A stretch of 32,000 nucleotides of DNA from Longivirga aurantiaca (lineage in GTDB: Bacteria > Actinomycetota > Actinomycetes > S36-B12 > CAIYMF01), in assembly GCF_042660085.1 (NCBI RefSeq), contig NZ_JBHSTI010000008.1, forward strand, positions 1,719,876-1,751,875. Reading direction: 5' to 3'. This document shows, in pieces, positions 8,624-18,380 of the stretch; the stretch's first letter is position 1, and the number at the start of each line of letters is the position of its first letter. A program made the translations under genes and the position numbers. Under the pieces are notes generated by a model. It had not been told where the DNA came from. It ran no database searches and was given only the letters and a program-made list of their open reading frames with translations.

Positions 8624-9216
8624 GAGGTCCTCCACTGCAGCATGCGCTCGACGTACTTGGCGACGACGTCGACCTCGAGGTTGACCGGGTCGCCCACCTG
8701 CTTGGTGCCGAGCGTCGTGAGCTCGAGGGTCGTCGGGATCAGCGAGATGCTGAACCAGTCGTCGTGGGCCTCGACGACCGTGAGCGACACGCCGTCCACG
8801 GTGATCGAGCCCTTCTCCACGACGTACTTGCCGAGGTCGTCGGGGAGCGAGACGCGCACGACCTCCCAGTGCTCGCTCGGCGAGCGCTCGAGGATCGTCC
8901 CGGTGCCGTCGACGTGGCCCTGGACGAGGTGGCCCCCGAGCCGCGCCGCGAGGGTGACCGGGCGCTCGAGGTTGACCGGCGAGCCCGGAGCCACGGCACC
9001 GAGGGACGACCGGTCGAGCGTCTCCTGCATCACGTCGGCGGTGAACTCGCCGTCGCCGAGCTCCACGACGGTGAGGCAGACGCCGTTGACCGCGATGGAC
9101 GCACCGTGGACGGCGTCCGAGGTGACGAGCGGCCCCCGGATCCGCAGCCTCGCGGCGTCGACCATCGGCTCGACGGCGACGACGCTGCCGAGCTCTTCGA
9201 CGATGCCCGTGAACAC
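8620..9216 (-). CDS. ribE: Riboflavin synthase, alpha subunit
   Basis: [17 protein letters not shown]...[10 protein letters not shown]...[12 protein letters not shown]...; internal duplication typical of lumazine-binding domains. Confidence 0.97.
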   Translation of the reverse strand: MFTGIVEELGSVVAVEPMVDAARLRIRGPLVTSDAVHGASIAVNGVCLTVVELGDGEFTADVMQETLDRSSLGAVAPGSPVNLERPVTLAARLGGHLVQGHVDGTGTILERSPSEHWEVVRVSLPDDLGKYVVEKGSITVDGVSLTVVEAHDDWFSISLIPTTLELTTLGTKQVGDPVNLEVDVVAKYVERMLQWRTS

Positions 9217-10260
9217 TCAGTCCTCCTCGGCCCGGAGCACCCGGGCGTCGATGCGCACGTCGTCACCGACGCGTGCGACCTCGGTGATCCGCAGACGCAA
9301 CGCATCCGCGATCGAGTTGATGCCCGCGGAGCCCAGTGCAGAGGCCCCTGCCCCGAGGAGGGCCGGGGCGACGTACCAGCGCACGGCGTCGACGAGGCCC
9401 GCCCGCACGAACGCCGCGGCGAGGGTGGGGCCACCCTCGAGCAGCACGTGCTGGACGTCGAGGTCGCGCAGGGCCACCAGGACCGTCGCCGGGTCGTGCT
9501 CGCGGACCTGCAGCGTGGGCGCGGCACCGTCGAGGACGCGGGCACGCTCGGGGATGTCGCGCCGTCCGACGACGACGCGCAGCGGCTGGACCTCCCGCGG
9601 GAGGACGACGCCGCCCCGGCGGACCGCGAGGTGCGGGTCGTCCTCGAGCACGGTGCCGATGCCGACGATCACGGCGTCGACCCCGGCCCGGAACCGGTGC
9701 ACCTCGGCGCGGGCCTCGGCCGAGGTGATCCACCGGCTGCTGCCGTCGGCCGCGGCGACGCGGCCGTCGAGGGTGGAGGCCGCCTTCCAGGTGACGAACG
9801 GGCGACCGTGGGTGACCGCGAAGGTCCAGGCGGGGTTGAGCGCCTCGGCCTCGGCCGCGAGGACTCCCCCGACGACCTCCACGCCCGCACCGGCGAGGCG
9901 CCGCGCGCCCCCCGCCGCGACGGGGTTCGGGTCGGACTGGCCGTGCACGACCCGCGCCACGCCTGCGTCGAGCAGGGCGACGCTGCACGGGCCGGTGCGC
10001 CCCGTGTGGTCGCAGGGCTCGAGGGTGACGACCGCGGTGGCTCCGCGGGCGCGGCCGCCCGCGGCGCGCAGGGCCTCGACCTCGGCGTGGGGGTGGCCGG
10101 CGCCGTGGTGGTAGCCCTCGCCCACGACCTCGCCGTCCGGGGACAGGAGGACGCAGCCGACCCGCGGGTTGGGGCCGGTGCGGGCGTCCGGGCTGGCGGC
10201 CAGGGCGAGCGCGCGACGCATCGCGTCGGTCTCGCGCTCGGTGGCTGGTGCGGTGCTCAC
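9217..10260 (-). CDS. ribD: Bifunctional diaminohydroxyphosphoribosylaminopyrimidine deaminase/5-amino-6-(5-phosphoribosylamino)uracil reductase
   Basis: [64 protein letters not shown]...; GTG start. Confidence 0.96.
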   Translation of the reverse strand: MSTAPATERETDAMRRALALAASPDARTGPNPRVGCVLLSPDGEVVGEGYHHGAGHPHAEVEALRAAGGRARGATAVVTLEPCDHTGRTGPCSVALLDAGVARVVHGQSDPNPVAAGGARRLAGAGVEVVGGVLAAEAEALNPAWTFAVTHGRPFVTWKAASTLDGRVAAADGSSRWITSAEARAEVHRFRAGVDAVIVGIGTVLEDDPHLAVRRGGVVLPREVQPLRVVVGRRDIPERARVLDGAAPTLQVREHDPATVLVALRDLDVQHVLLEGGPTLAAAFVRAGLVDAVRWYVAPALLGAGASALGSAGINSIADALRLRITEVARVGDDVRIDARVLRAEED

Positions 10261-10380
10261 GTCTGCCCTTCGCCTGCTCGGGCCCGCACGACCCGGTCGG
10301 CGGACAGCGCAGGCGGCGCACCCGGCGACGGCCGGGCGCTGCCTCGCGGCCACGTCGGACGACGCACGGCGGCCTTCCGC

Positions 10381-10536
10381 GCGCGTCGCCTCCCATCCGG
10401 ACTCTCACCGTCGGCTCCGGATGGCTCGCGACCGTCGGACGACGGACGCGGGTCGACCGGATCAACCGACCGCTGGATGCGGCCGGGTCGCGGGCTCTCA
10501 CCGCCGGCTCGGAATTGCACCGACCCCGGGACGCGC
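10381..10536 (-). promoter_or_regulatory. FMN riboswitch (RFN element) upstream of ribD
   Basis: Minus strand has GGTCGGTGCAATTCCGAGCCGGCGGTGAGAGCCCGCGACCC ... GCCGACGGTGAGAGTCCGGATGGGAGGCGACGCGC, closed by a GCGCGTC/GACGCGC P1 stem. Confidence 0.93.
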
Positions 10537-10563
10537 GAGCAGGTTCGCTCGTACGGGGGCAGC

Positions 10564-11253
10564 CTACCCGTGCGTGCACCACCAGCTGGCGTCGGTCGCC
10601 GCCTGCGCCTGTGCGGCGAGCGACCGGACGGCGGCCGCGGGGTCGGCGGCGCCGTACACGGCCGACCCGGCCACGAAGACGTCCGCACCGGCGTCGGCGC
10701 AGATCTCGATCGTCTCGGCGGACACCCCGCCGTCGACCTGGATCCAGAGATCGAGGTCGCGGCCCTTGACGAGCTCGCGGGCGCGACGGATCTTCGGGAC
10801 GACGACGTCGAGGAACCTCTGGCCGCCGAAGCCGGGCTCGACGGTCATGACCAGCAGCATGTCGAGCTCGGGAAGCAGGTCGGCGTACCCCTCGAGGGGC
10901 GTCGCGGGGCGCAGGGCCATCCCCGCCCGGGCGCCGGCGGCCCGGATGTCGCGCGCGAGCTTGATGGGGGCCGTGGCCGCCTCGACGTGGAAGGTGACGG
11001 ACCCGGCTCCGGCCTCGGCGAAGCCCGGGGCCCAGCGGTCCGGGTCCTCGATCATGAGGTGGCAGTCGATCGGGGTGCGCACCGCACCGACGAGCCGCTC
11101 GACCACGGGGAGGCCGAGGGTCAGGTTGGGCACGAAGTGGTTGTCCATGACGTCGACGTGCAGCCAGTCGGCCGCGCCCGCCACGCGCTCGCACTCCTCG
11201 GCGAGATGCGCGAAGTCGGCCGACAGGATGCTCGGGGAGATCTGGACGCCCAT
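10564..11253 (-). CDS. rpe: Ribulose-phosphate 3-epimerase
   Basis: [24 protein letters not shown]...[19 protein letters not shown]...[10 protein letters not shown]...VDGGVS. Confidence 0.97.
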   Translation of the reverse strand: MGVQISPSILSADFAHLAEECERVAGAADWLHVDVMDNHFVPNLTLGLPVVERLVGAVRTPIDCHLMIEDPDRWAPGFAEAGAGSVTFHVEAATAPIKLARDIRAAGARAGMALRPATPLEGYADLLPELDMLLVMTVEPGFGGQRFLDVVVPKIRRARELVKGRDLDLWIQVDGGVSAETIEICADAGADVFVAGSAVYGAADPAAAVRSLAAQAQAATDASWWCTHG

Positions 11254-11351
11254 GCGCGCAAGGCTAGCGACCCGGAGGTGGGGCGGGACGCGACGCGACC
11301 GTCAGAGCCGGTGTGGGACGATCCAGCCCGAGCGGAAGCGAGGAGGAGACG

Positions 11352-12647
11352 GTGCGAGGTGGTTCCGAGGAGCCCACGCCGTTGCCGGGCTGGCTCCGCG
11401 TGGACGTGGCCGACTCCCAGGAGCGCACCCGCGCGGTGAACGCCCTCGTGGTCCTGTACGGCGTGGCTGTCGTCGGGGCCGTCGCCACGCTCCCCCTGGT
11501 CCTCGTCGCCGGTGGTGTCGTGGCAGGTCTGACCTGCGTGGCCGTGACGCTGACGGCGGTGATCTCCGCCCTGCTGGTCCGCTCCGGACGCCTCTCCGCC
11601 GGGTTGGGCCTCTTCTTCGCCGTGGTCATGGTCGGCAACATCGTCGCCGTCATGCTGACGGACGACGCCCGCCTGACCGCCGTCTACTGCGTGATCCCCG
11701 TCGCGATCGCCGGGGTCACGCTCACGATGCGGTGGGCGCTGGTGGTGACCGGGACCGCCGCGCTCATCGGAGTCGTCGGCACCTGGATGTTCCCGCCGGG
11801 TCAGGGCGGCAGCCCGCCGATCACGCGGGACGAGATCATCACGACGTCGCTCATCCTGATGGCCGCGGTCCTCGTCACGACCTCGCTCGGCAGCTGGGGC
11901 CAGAAGCGGGAAGGCCTGCGCGCCGACCTCGAGGCGCACCGCGCCACCGAGCTCGCCCAGAGCCTGCGCAGCGCCAACGCCGAGCTGGAGCGGCGCGTGG
12001 AGGAGCGCACGGAGGAGCTGCAGCGCGCCCTGTCGCAGCAGGAGCGGCTGGTCGGCGAGCTCGCCGAGCTCACGATGCGCGATCCGTTGACCGGCCTGCA
12101 CAACCGACGGCACGCCGAGCACGAGCTGCCGCGCATGACCGCGACCGCCCAGCGCTACGACCAGCCGCTCGCCATGGCCCTGCTCGACCTCGACCACTTC
12201 AAGCAGGTCAACGACCGGCACAGCTACGCCGTCGGCGACGAGGTGCTGATGCGGTTCACCGCGATCCTGCGCGAGAACGCCCGCGCCTCCGACGTCGTCG
12301 TGCGGTACGGCGGCGAGGAGTTCCTCCTCGTCATGCCGCAGACCACGCTGCCGCAGGCCCTCGTGCTCTGCGAGCGCCTCCGCGCAGCGGTCGAGGCGTA
12401 CGCGTGGCGGGACGTCCACCCCGACCTGCGGCTCACTGTGAGCATCGGCGTCGCCGACAGCGACCAGCGCGACCTGCGGGGCGTCACCGCCGCCATGGAC
12501 GCGGCCCTGCACGACGCCAAGCGGGACGGCCGCAACCGCGTGGTCGCCGCCCCCGCTGCGCTGCCCCGCCGGCCCGTCCAGGGCAGCGCGGCACCGGGGC
12601 TCGTGGAACTGGACGCAACGGCCGCGGAGCAACCGGCCGAGAGCTAG
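11352..12647 (+). CDS. Membrane-anchored GGDEF-domain diguanylate cyclase
   Basis: Several hydrophobic N-terminal segments, a coiled-coil (ELERRVEERTEELQRAL), then MRDPLTGLHNRR...LLDLDHFKQVND...VRYGGEEFLLVMP; RASD I-site 5 residues upstream of GGEEF. GTG start at 11352 with AGGAGGAG RBS (track start 11313). Confidence 0.93.
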   Translation: MRGGSEEPTPLPGWLRVDVADSQERTRAVNALVVLYGVAVVGAVATLPLVLVAGGVVAGLTCVAVTLTAVISALLVRSGRLSAGLGLFFAVVMVGNIVAVMLTDDARLTAVYCVIPVAIAGVTLTMRWALVVTGTAALIGVVGTWMFPPGQGGSPPITRDEIITTSLILMAAVLVTTSLGSWGQKREGLRADLEAHRATELAQSLRSANAELERRVEERTEELQRALSQQERLVGELAELTMRDPLTGLHNRRHAEHELPRMTATAQRYDQPLAMALLDLDHFKQVNDRHSYAVGDEVLMRFTAILRENARASDVVVRYGGEEFLLVMPQTTLPQALVLCERLRAAVEAYAWRDVHPDLRLTVSIGVADSDQRDLRGVTAAMDAALHDAKRDGRNRVVAAPAALPRRPVQGSAAPGLVELDATAAEQPAES

Positions 12648-14062
12648 TCCGTACGCCGCAGCAGCGCGAGGTACATGCCGTCGGTGCCGTGCACGTGCGG
12701 CCAGAGGCGCAGGTCGGGACCGTCGCCGAGGTCGTCGACCTCGGGCAGGAGCGGCCGCACGTCCAGCCGCTCCACTCCCCCGCGCGCCACCGCGTCGGCC
12801 ACCACCTCGGTGGTCTCGGCGAGGTGCGGCGAGCAGGTGGCGTAGCCGACCACTCCGCCGACGCGCACGGCTGCGAGCGCTGATGCCAGCAGCCGCCGCT
12901 GCAGCGCGGCGAGCTCCGCCACGTCCTCCGGCGTACGCCGCCAGCGCGACTCCGGGCGTCGGCGCAGGACGCCGAGACCCGTGCACGGGGCATCGAGCAG
13001 GACACGGTCGAACGATCCGGGCCGCCACGGACCCTGGGTGCCGTCGGCGGTGACGACCAGGTGGTGCCCGGGCGCGCGGCCCAGCGCCTGGGCCACGAGC
13101 CCGGCACGGTGATGCGTGCGGTCGACGGCGAGCAGGGTCGCGCCGCGCTCGAGGCCGAGACCGGCGAGCAGCGCCGCCTTGCCGCCGGGGCCCGCGGCCA
13201 TGTCGAGCCACGCGGTGTCGGGGCCGTCGATCTCCGCTCGGGCGAGGGCGATCGCGACGAGCTGGCTCCCCTCGTCCTGCACCCCGACGTCGCCCGAGCG
13301 CACGCCCGCGATCTCGCCGGGCGCACCGCCCTCGAGCGCCACGGCGTACGGAGACCAGCGGCCGGCATGGGTGTGCGGCAGCTCGAGCAGGTCGTCCACC
13401 GTGCCGCGGCCGGGGCGGGCCACGAGGGTGACCGACGCGTTCTCGTTGTCGGCGGTGAGGAGGTCCTCGGTGTCAGCCCAGGACGCCGAGCCGCGCCAGG
13501 ACGACAGCGAGTCGTGCAGGGCCTGCACGATCCAGCGCGGGTGCGACTGCACCACCGCGAGGTGGCCGACGGGGTCCGTCCCTGCGTCCGGCGCGACGAT
13601 CTCGACCCACTCGTCGAGGTCGTGCCGACCGACCTTGCGCAGCACCGCGTTGACGAACCGCGAGCGCGACTCGCCGCCCACGAGGCGGGCGAGCTGCACG
13701 GTCTCGCCGACGGCCGCGTGCGGCGGGGTGCGCAGGAACAGCAGCTGCTGGGCGCCGAGCCGCAGCACGTCGAGCACCGGCTCGTCGACCTCCGCGAGCG
13801 GACGGTCGACGCACGCTGCGAGGACCGCGTCGAGGAAGCCGCGGCGGCGCAGCGTGCCGTAGGCGAGGGTCGTGGTGAAGGCGGCGTCGCGACCGTGCAG
13901 CTCGGCCTCGGCGATCACCTGCGGGGCGACGAGGTTGGCGTACGCCTCGTCGGCCTGCACGGCGCGGAGGATGTCGTACGCCGCGAGCCGCGACGGGTCG
14001 GTGGGGCGGCGGTCGCCTCGCCACTGGACGGGACGGCTGTGGTGCCCGCGGTCCTCGCCCAT
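12644..14062 (-). CDS. rsmB: 16S rRNA (cytosine(967)-C(5))-methyltransferase / Fmu (Sun) family with N-terminal NusB-like domain
   Basis: [14 protein letters not shown]...AYDILRAV...VLRKV...VQDEGSQLVAIAL...WLDMAAGPGGKAALL...LLDAPCTGLGVLRRRPESRWRR... Confidence 0.94.
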   Translation of the reverse strand: MGEDRGHHSRPVQWRGDRRPTDPSRLAAYDILRAVQADEAYANLVAPQVIAEAELHGRDAAFTTTLAYGTLRRRGFLDAVLAACVDRPLAEVDEPVLDVLRLGAQQLLFLRTPPHAAVGETVQLARLVGGESRSRFVNAVLRKVGRHDLDEWVEIVAPDAGTDPVGHLAVVQSHPRWIVQALHDSLSSWRGSASWADTEDLLTADNENASVTLVARPGRGTVDDLLELPHTHAGRWSPYAVALEGGAPGEIAGVRSGDVGVQDEGSQLVAIALARAEIDGPDTAWLDMAAGPGGKAALLAGLGLERGATLLAVDRTHHRAGLVAQALGRAPGHHLVVTADGTQGPWRPGSFDRVLLDAPCTGLGVLRRRPESRWRRTPEDVAELAALQRRLLASALAAVRVGGVVGYATCSPHLAETTEVVADAVARGGVERLDVRPLLPEVDDLGDGPDLRLWPHVHGTDGMYLALLRRTD

Positions 14063-15003
14063 CAGGCCGGCACCTCCGCGCCGAGCAGCACGCCCGGCTC
14101 CGGGCGCACGCCGCGTGCCCAGTCGGCCGCGGCCATCGCCTTCTTGCCCTGCGCGCGGACCTCGCCGAGCACGACCGCATGGGTCGCCGTCCCCACGCGG
14201 ACGCGGTTCTTGTCGACGGCGACCTCGCCCGGCGCGAGCGAGGTGTCGTCGGCGAGCAGCGCGACGGGGCCGAGCTTGAGCCGCTCGCCGGCGTACGTCG
14301 TCCAGGCGCCGGGGGCCGGCGTGCACGCGCGGACCTGGCGGTCGACCCGCACGGCGGGCTGCGACCAGTCGACGCGGGCGTCGTCCACGGTGATCTTCGG
14401 AGCCAGCGAGACGCCGTCGGGCGGCTGCGGCGCGCCGACGAGGGCACCGGCCTCGAGGCCGTCCATCGTCGCGACCAGCAGGCCTGCACCCGACTCCGCC
14501 AGGCGGCCGAGGAGGTCGCCGCTGGTGTCGGTGGGGCGGACCGACTCGGTGACGACGCCGTACACCGGGCCGGTGTCGAGGCCCTCCTCCAGCAGGAAGG
14601 TCGACGCGCCCGTGACGTCGTCGCCGTGCCACACGGCGTGCTGCACCGGCGCGGCGCCGCGCCAGGCCGGCAGGAGCGAGAAGTGGAGGTTGACCCAGCC
14701 GAGCCGCGGGATGTCGAGCGCTGCGCGCGGCACGAGGGCGCCGTACGCCACGACGGGGCAGCAGTCGGGGGCGATCTCGGCAAGCCGGGCGAGGAAGTCA
14801 GGGTCGCGCGGCTTCTCGGGCTTGAGCACCTCGATGCCGTGCTCGACCGCGAGGCCGGCGACCGGTGAGGCCTGCAACGACCGGCCACGCCCTGCGGGCG
14901 CGTCGGGGCGCGTGACGACCGCGACCACCTCGTGGTGGGAGGCGATGAGGGCGGCGAGGGACGGGAGGGCGACCTCGGGGGTGCCGGCGAAGACCAGGCG
15001 CAC
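14062..15003 (-). CDS. fmt: Methionyl-tRNA formyltransferase
   Basis: [41 protein letters not shown]...[21 protein letters not shown]. Confidence 0.97.
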   Translation of the reverse strand: MRLVFAGTPEVALPSLAALIASHHEVVAVVTRPDAPAGRGRSLQASPVAGLAVEHGIEVLKPEKPRDPDFLARLAEIAPDCCPVVAYGALVPRAALDIPRLGWVNLHFSLLPAWRGAAPVQHAVWHGDDVTGASTFLLEEGLDTGPVYGVVTESVRPTDTSGDLLGRLAESGAGLLVATMDGLEAGALVGAPQPPDGVSLAPKITVDDARVDWSQPAVRVDRQVRACTPAPGAWTTYAGERLKLGPVALLADDTSLAPGEVAVDKNRVRVGTATHAVVLGEVRAQGKKAMAAADWARGVRPEPGVLLGAEVPA

Positions 15004-15018
15004 GGTGCGGCAGCCCGC

Positions 15019-15564
15019 CTAGAGCCAGCGCGACGAGATCGAGTGCGGCGAGATCTTCACCTGGGGCGCCTGCTGGCCGAACCACTCCGCCTCGCGGATG
15101 GCCTTCATGGCCTCCTTGCGGGTCTCGGCGTCGAGCCGGTCGACGAACATGATGCCGTCGAGGTGGTCGGTCTCGTGCTGGATGCAGCGGGCGAGGAGCT
15201 CGGAGCCCTCGAGCACGACCGGCTCGCCGTGCATGGTCATGCCCTTGGCCACGACGCGCATCGAGCGACGGGTGTTGAACGCGAGGTCGGGCACCGACAG
15301 GCACCCCTCGTCGCCCTCCTGCATCTCGTCCGACAGGTCGAGCACCGGGTTGACGAGGTGGCCGATCTCGTCGTCGACGTCGTAGGTGAAGACGCGGAGG
15401 CTGACGCCGAGCTGCGGTGCGGCGAGGCCCGCGCCGGGTGCGTCGAGCATCGTCTCGGTGAGGTCCTTGACGAGCTTGCGCAGCTCCTTGTCGAACGTCG
15501 TCACCTCGGCGGCGGGGGTCGTGAGCACCGGGTCGCCGAAGAGGCGGATGGGCTTGACGGCCAC
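15019..15564 (-). CDS. def: Peptide deformylase
   Basis: GDPVLTTPA...GAGLAAPQLGV...EGCLSVPDL...HETDHLDGIMFVDRL. Confidence 0.97.
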   Translation of the reverse strand: MAVKPIRLFGDPVLTTPAAEVTTFDKELRKLVKDLTETMLDAPGAGLAAPQLGVSLRVFTYDVDDEIGHLVNPVLDLSDEMQEGDEGCLSVPDLAFNTRRSMRVVAKGMTMHGEPVVLEGSELLARCIQHETDHLDGIMFVDRLDAETRKEAMKAIREAEWFGQQAPQVKISPHSISSRWL

Positions 15565-15659
15565 GGACGAGCTCCTGATGTCGACGCGGGAGGGTGTGAA
15601 GCGGGGACCAGTCTACGTACCGGCTGCCCGCACCCACGCCGCGCGTGGCTGCCCGCGAT

Positions 15660-17756
15660 CTACCCGAGCGCGACCGGGTCGACCCGGACCGAGACGGGCC
15701 CGCCCTCCTTGCGCGCGCTGCGGACCGACACCGCGGCCTTGAGCGCGGCCGCGAGCGCGGCGCCGCCGCCGTCGGTGCGCGGGGCCACGAGCAGGGCGCG
15801 CGAGCGAGGGTCGCCCTCGTCGGCCCGCCCGGGGCGCCTGGCCGGGCTGATCGGCACCGGGCCCAGCACCAGGGCGCCCTCGGGCAGGTGCAGGTGCCCG
15901 AGCAGGTCGTCGACGTCGCCGGGGGCGCCGACCGCCTCGGCGACGCGCCACGCGGGCGGGAGGTGGAGCAGCTCGCGCTCGGCCAGCTCGCGGGCGGCGA
16001 AGCCGGCCGGGTCGCTGCGCACGACCGCCTGCACGGGCGCGAGCGCGGGGTCGGCGACCAGCACGACGACACCGCCGTCGGCTGCGGGGCGCACCAGGCT
16101 CACCGCGGCTGTCCATCGGCGCACGGCCTCCTCGGCCGCCCGCAGGTCGGGCCGGTCGAGGGCGACCCTGCCGTCGAGCAGCAGCGCCGCGGCGTAGCCG
16201 CCGTCGGCCCGCGGCTCGGCGCCGGGCGTCGCGACCACGAGGGCCGGCCTGCTGCCCACCTGGTCGAGCACGCCCTTCCCCGACGGGTCTCGGCCCGAGG
16301 TGCGGACCGGCACGCCGGGGAATGCCCGGCCGAGCTCCTCCGCCGTACGCCGCTCCCCCACGGACACCGCGCGCAGCCTCGTGCCCCGGCACGAGTCGCA
16401 CGACCAGCCGCCGGCGAGCCGTCCGCACCAGCCGCACACGGGGACGGCGTGCCCGCTCGAGACGCCGAGCGGCCCGTGGCAGTGACCGCACCGGGCGAGC
16501 TGTCGGCAGGTCTGGCACGCGAGCGCCGGGACGTAGCCGCGGCGCGGCACCTGCACCAGGACCGGGCCGCGGGCCAGGGCCTCGCGCGCCGTCTCCCACG
16601 CGATGTGCGGCAGCCGCGCGGACTTCGCCGCCTCGTCCCGCGCGAGGTCGTCGTCGCCGACGGTGACCACGCGGGGCGCGCGGCGCCGCACCTCGGTGCG
16701 GGGGGCGACCACCTCGCGCGCCCACCCCTGCTCGACGAGGGCCTGGGCCTCGACCGAGCGTGAGGTGGATCCGAGGACGAGCGCCGCACCGGTGCTCGTG
16801 GCGCGCAGGGCGAGCACCTCGCGCGCGTGCCAGTAGGGCGCGTGCGGCTCGGCGAGGCTGTCGTCGCCGTCGTCCCAGAGCACGACCAGGCCGAGGTCGG
16901 CGACCGGCGCGAACACCGCGGCCCGGGTGCCGAGCACCACCGACACGTGTCCGCGGCGCACCTCCAGGAAGGCGCGGTAGCGCGCGGCGGGGCCGAGGTC
17001 GGCGGTGAGCGTGCGGAAGGCCTCGGCTCCGAGGCGCTCGGCGAGCGCGGCCTCGAGACGGGCGACGTCGCGGGCGTCCGGTGCCACGACCACGACGCCG
17101 CGACCGGCGCCGGCTGCGGCAGCCACCACATGGGCGATCTCCTGCACCGGGTCGGAGCCCGGCACCGCCGTCCAGACCGCGCGCGGCCCGGGCTGGCCGG
17201 CCGTGAAGGCGACCGACGGGTCGGCGACCCGACGGACGAGCGCGGGGCCGCCGGAGTAGGCGGCCCACGGGCCGGGGTCGTCAGGGGCGATCTGCTCGAC
17301 GAGCGGGCGGTCGGGAGTGCCCAGAGCGTCGATCGCAGCCTCGGTGGCGGCGTGCCGCGGGGGCACGGCCGAGCGCAGGACGTCGGCGAGCGAGCCCGCC
17401 CACCGGTCGGCCACGGCGCGGGCGAGGTCCGCAACCTCCGGCGCGAGCACCGGGTCGGGGCTCACGACCTTGGCGATGCGCTCGATCCGTCCTGTGTGGT
17501 CGCTGGCCGCGACCCGCTCGAGCACCCAGCCGTCGACGAGCTGCCCGGAGAACCGCACGCGCACCCGGGTGCCCGGCACCGCCTTCGCGGCGAGAGGCTC
17601 GGGCACGAGGTAGTCGAACGGGCGGTCGAGGTGCGGCAGCGCGACGTCGACGCACACCCGCGCGACCGGGTCGACCTCGGCCGGGCCGGGGGCGGTGCGC
17701 ACCCGTGCCGTGCGCACTGTGCTCGCCACGAGGGCGAGCTGCTCCGGCTCGGTCAC
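15660..17756 (-). CDS. priA: PriA-like primosomal protein N', probably lacking helicase activity
   Basis: MTEPEQLALVASTVRT...RVCVDVALPHLDRPFDYLVPE...; retained zinc-binding Cys cluster CQTCRQLARCGHCHG...CGWCGRLAGGWSCDSCRG; Walker A and DEEH motifs missing. Confidence 0.93.
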   Translation of the reverse strand: MTEPEQLALVASTVRTARVRTAPGPAEVDPVARVCVDVALPHLDRPFDYLVPEPLAAKAVPGTRVRVRFSGQLVDGWVLERVAASDHTGRIERIAKVVSPDPVLAPEVADLARAVADRWAGSLADVLRSAVPPRHAATEAAIDALGTPDRPLVEQIAPDDPGPWAAYSGGPALVRRVADPSVAFTAGQPGPRAVWTAVPGSDPVQEIAHVVAAAAGAGRGVVVVAPDARDVARLEAALAERLGAEAFRTLTADLGPAARYRAFLEVRRGHVSVVLGTRAAVFAPVADLGLVVLWDDGDDSLAEPHAPYWHAREVLALRATSTGAALVLGSTSRSVEAQALVEQGWAREVVAPRTEVRRRAPRVVTVGDDDLARDEAAKSARLPHIAWETAREALARGPVLVQVPRRGYVPALACQTCRQLARCGHCHGPLGVSSGHAVPVCGWCGRLAGGWSCDSCRGTRLRAVSVGERRTAEELGRAFPGVPVRTSGRDPSGKGVLDQVGSRPALVVATPGAEPRADGGYAAALLLDGRVALDRPDLRAAEEAVRRWTAAVSLVRPAADGGVVVLVADPALAPVQAVVRSDPAGFAARELAERELLHLPPAWRVAEAVGAPGDVDDLLGHLHLPEGALVLGPVPISPARRPGRADEGDPRSRALLVAPRTDGGGAALAAALKAAVSVRSARKEGGPVSVRVDPVALG

Positions 17757-18352
17757 GGGGACGTTCTACCGGACGCCTCTGTCCGCGCGCGCCAGGCGTC
17801 CACCTCCAGCCGGTAGAGGACGTGCTGCGCCCACCAGTCGGAGCGCTCCGCGCCTGGGTGGGTGAAGACGCCGTCGTACCGCAGGCCGAGCTTCTGCATG
17901 ACGCGCTGCGAGGCGAGGTTGGGCGGCACCGTGAACGACACGACCTCGGTGAGGCCGAGGTCGCCGAACCCCTGCCGGAGCACCTCGCGAGCTCCCTCGG
18001 TGGCGAGGCCGAGGCCCCACCAGGGGCGCGCGAGCCGCCAGCCGATCTCCACGCACGGGTCGGTCGCGGCGAACGGGGGCTCGAAGCGCGGCACTGCCAG
18101 GCCCACGAAGCCGACGAAGGGTGCAGGCCCGCGCTCGGACGCCAGCACCTCGACCGCCCAGAGCCCGAAGCCACGGTCGGCCCAGTGGGTCTCGATGCGC
18201 CCGACCATGGCGTCCGACCCCTCGCGGTCGAGCGCGGACGGGAACCAGCGCATCACCTCGGGGTCGGCGTTCATCGCCGCGAACGGCTCGAGGTCGGTGG
18301 TGCGCCAGCGCCGCAACGACAACCGGGGTGTCCGCAGACCGTCGTCAGTCAT
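17753..18352 (-). CDS. GNAT family N-acetyltransferase (RimJ/RimL-like)
   Basis: MTDDGLRTPRLSLRRWRTTDLEPFAAMNADPEVMRWFPS...CVEIGWRLARPWWGLGLATEGAREVL...VSFTVPPNLASQRVMQKLGL. Confidence 0.93.
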   Translation of the reverse strand: MTDDGLRTPRLSLRRWRTTDLEPFAAMNADPEVMRWFPSALDREGSDAMVGRIETHWADRGFGLWAVEVLASERGPAPFVGFVGLAVPRFEPPFAATDPCVEIGWRLARPWWGLGLATEGAREVLRQGFGDLGLTEVVSFTVPPNLASQRVMQKLGLRYDGVFTHPGAERSDWWAQHVLYRLEVDAWRARTEASGRTSP

Positions 18353-18380
18353 GCGGGCACCCCGGTGGTGTCGTGCGCGG

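Noticed and set aside
7337-10114. 925-aa plus-strand ORF opposite the rib genes (and similar long ORFs such as 8764..11439 and 10169..12883)
   Set aside because: These oppose or overlap, out of frame, genes with unmistakable homology (ribBA, ribE, ribD, rpe, GGDEF); shadow ORFs.
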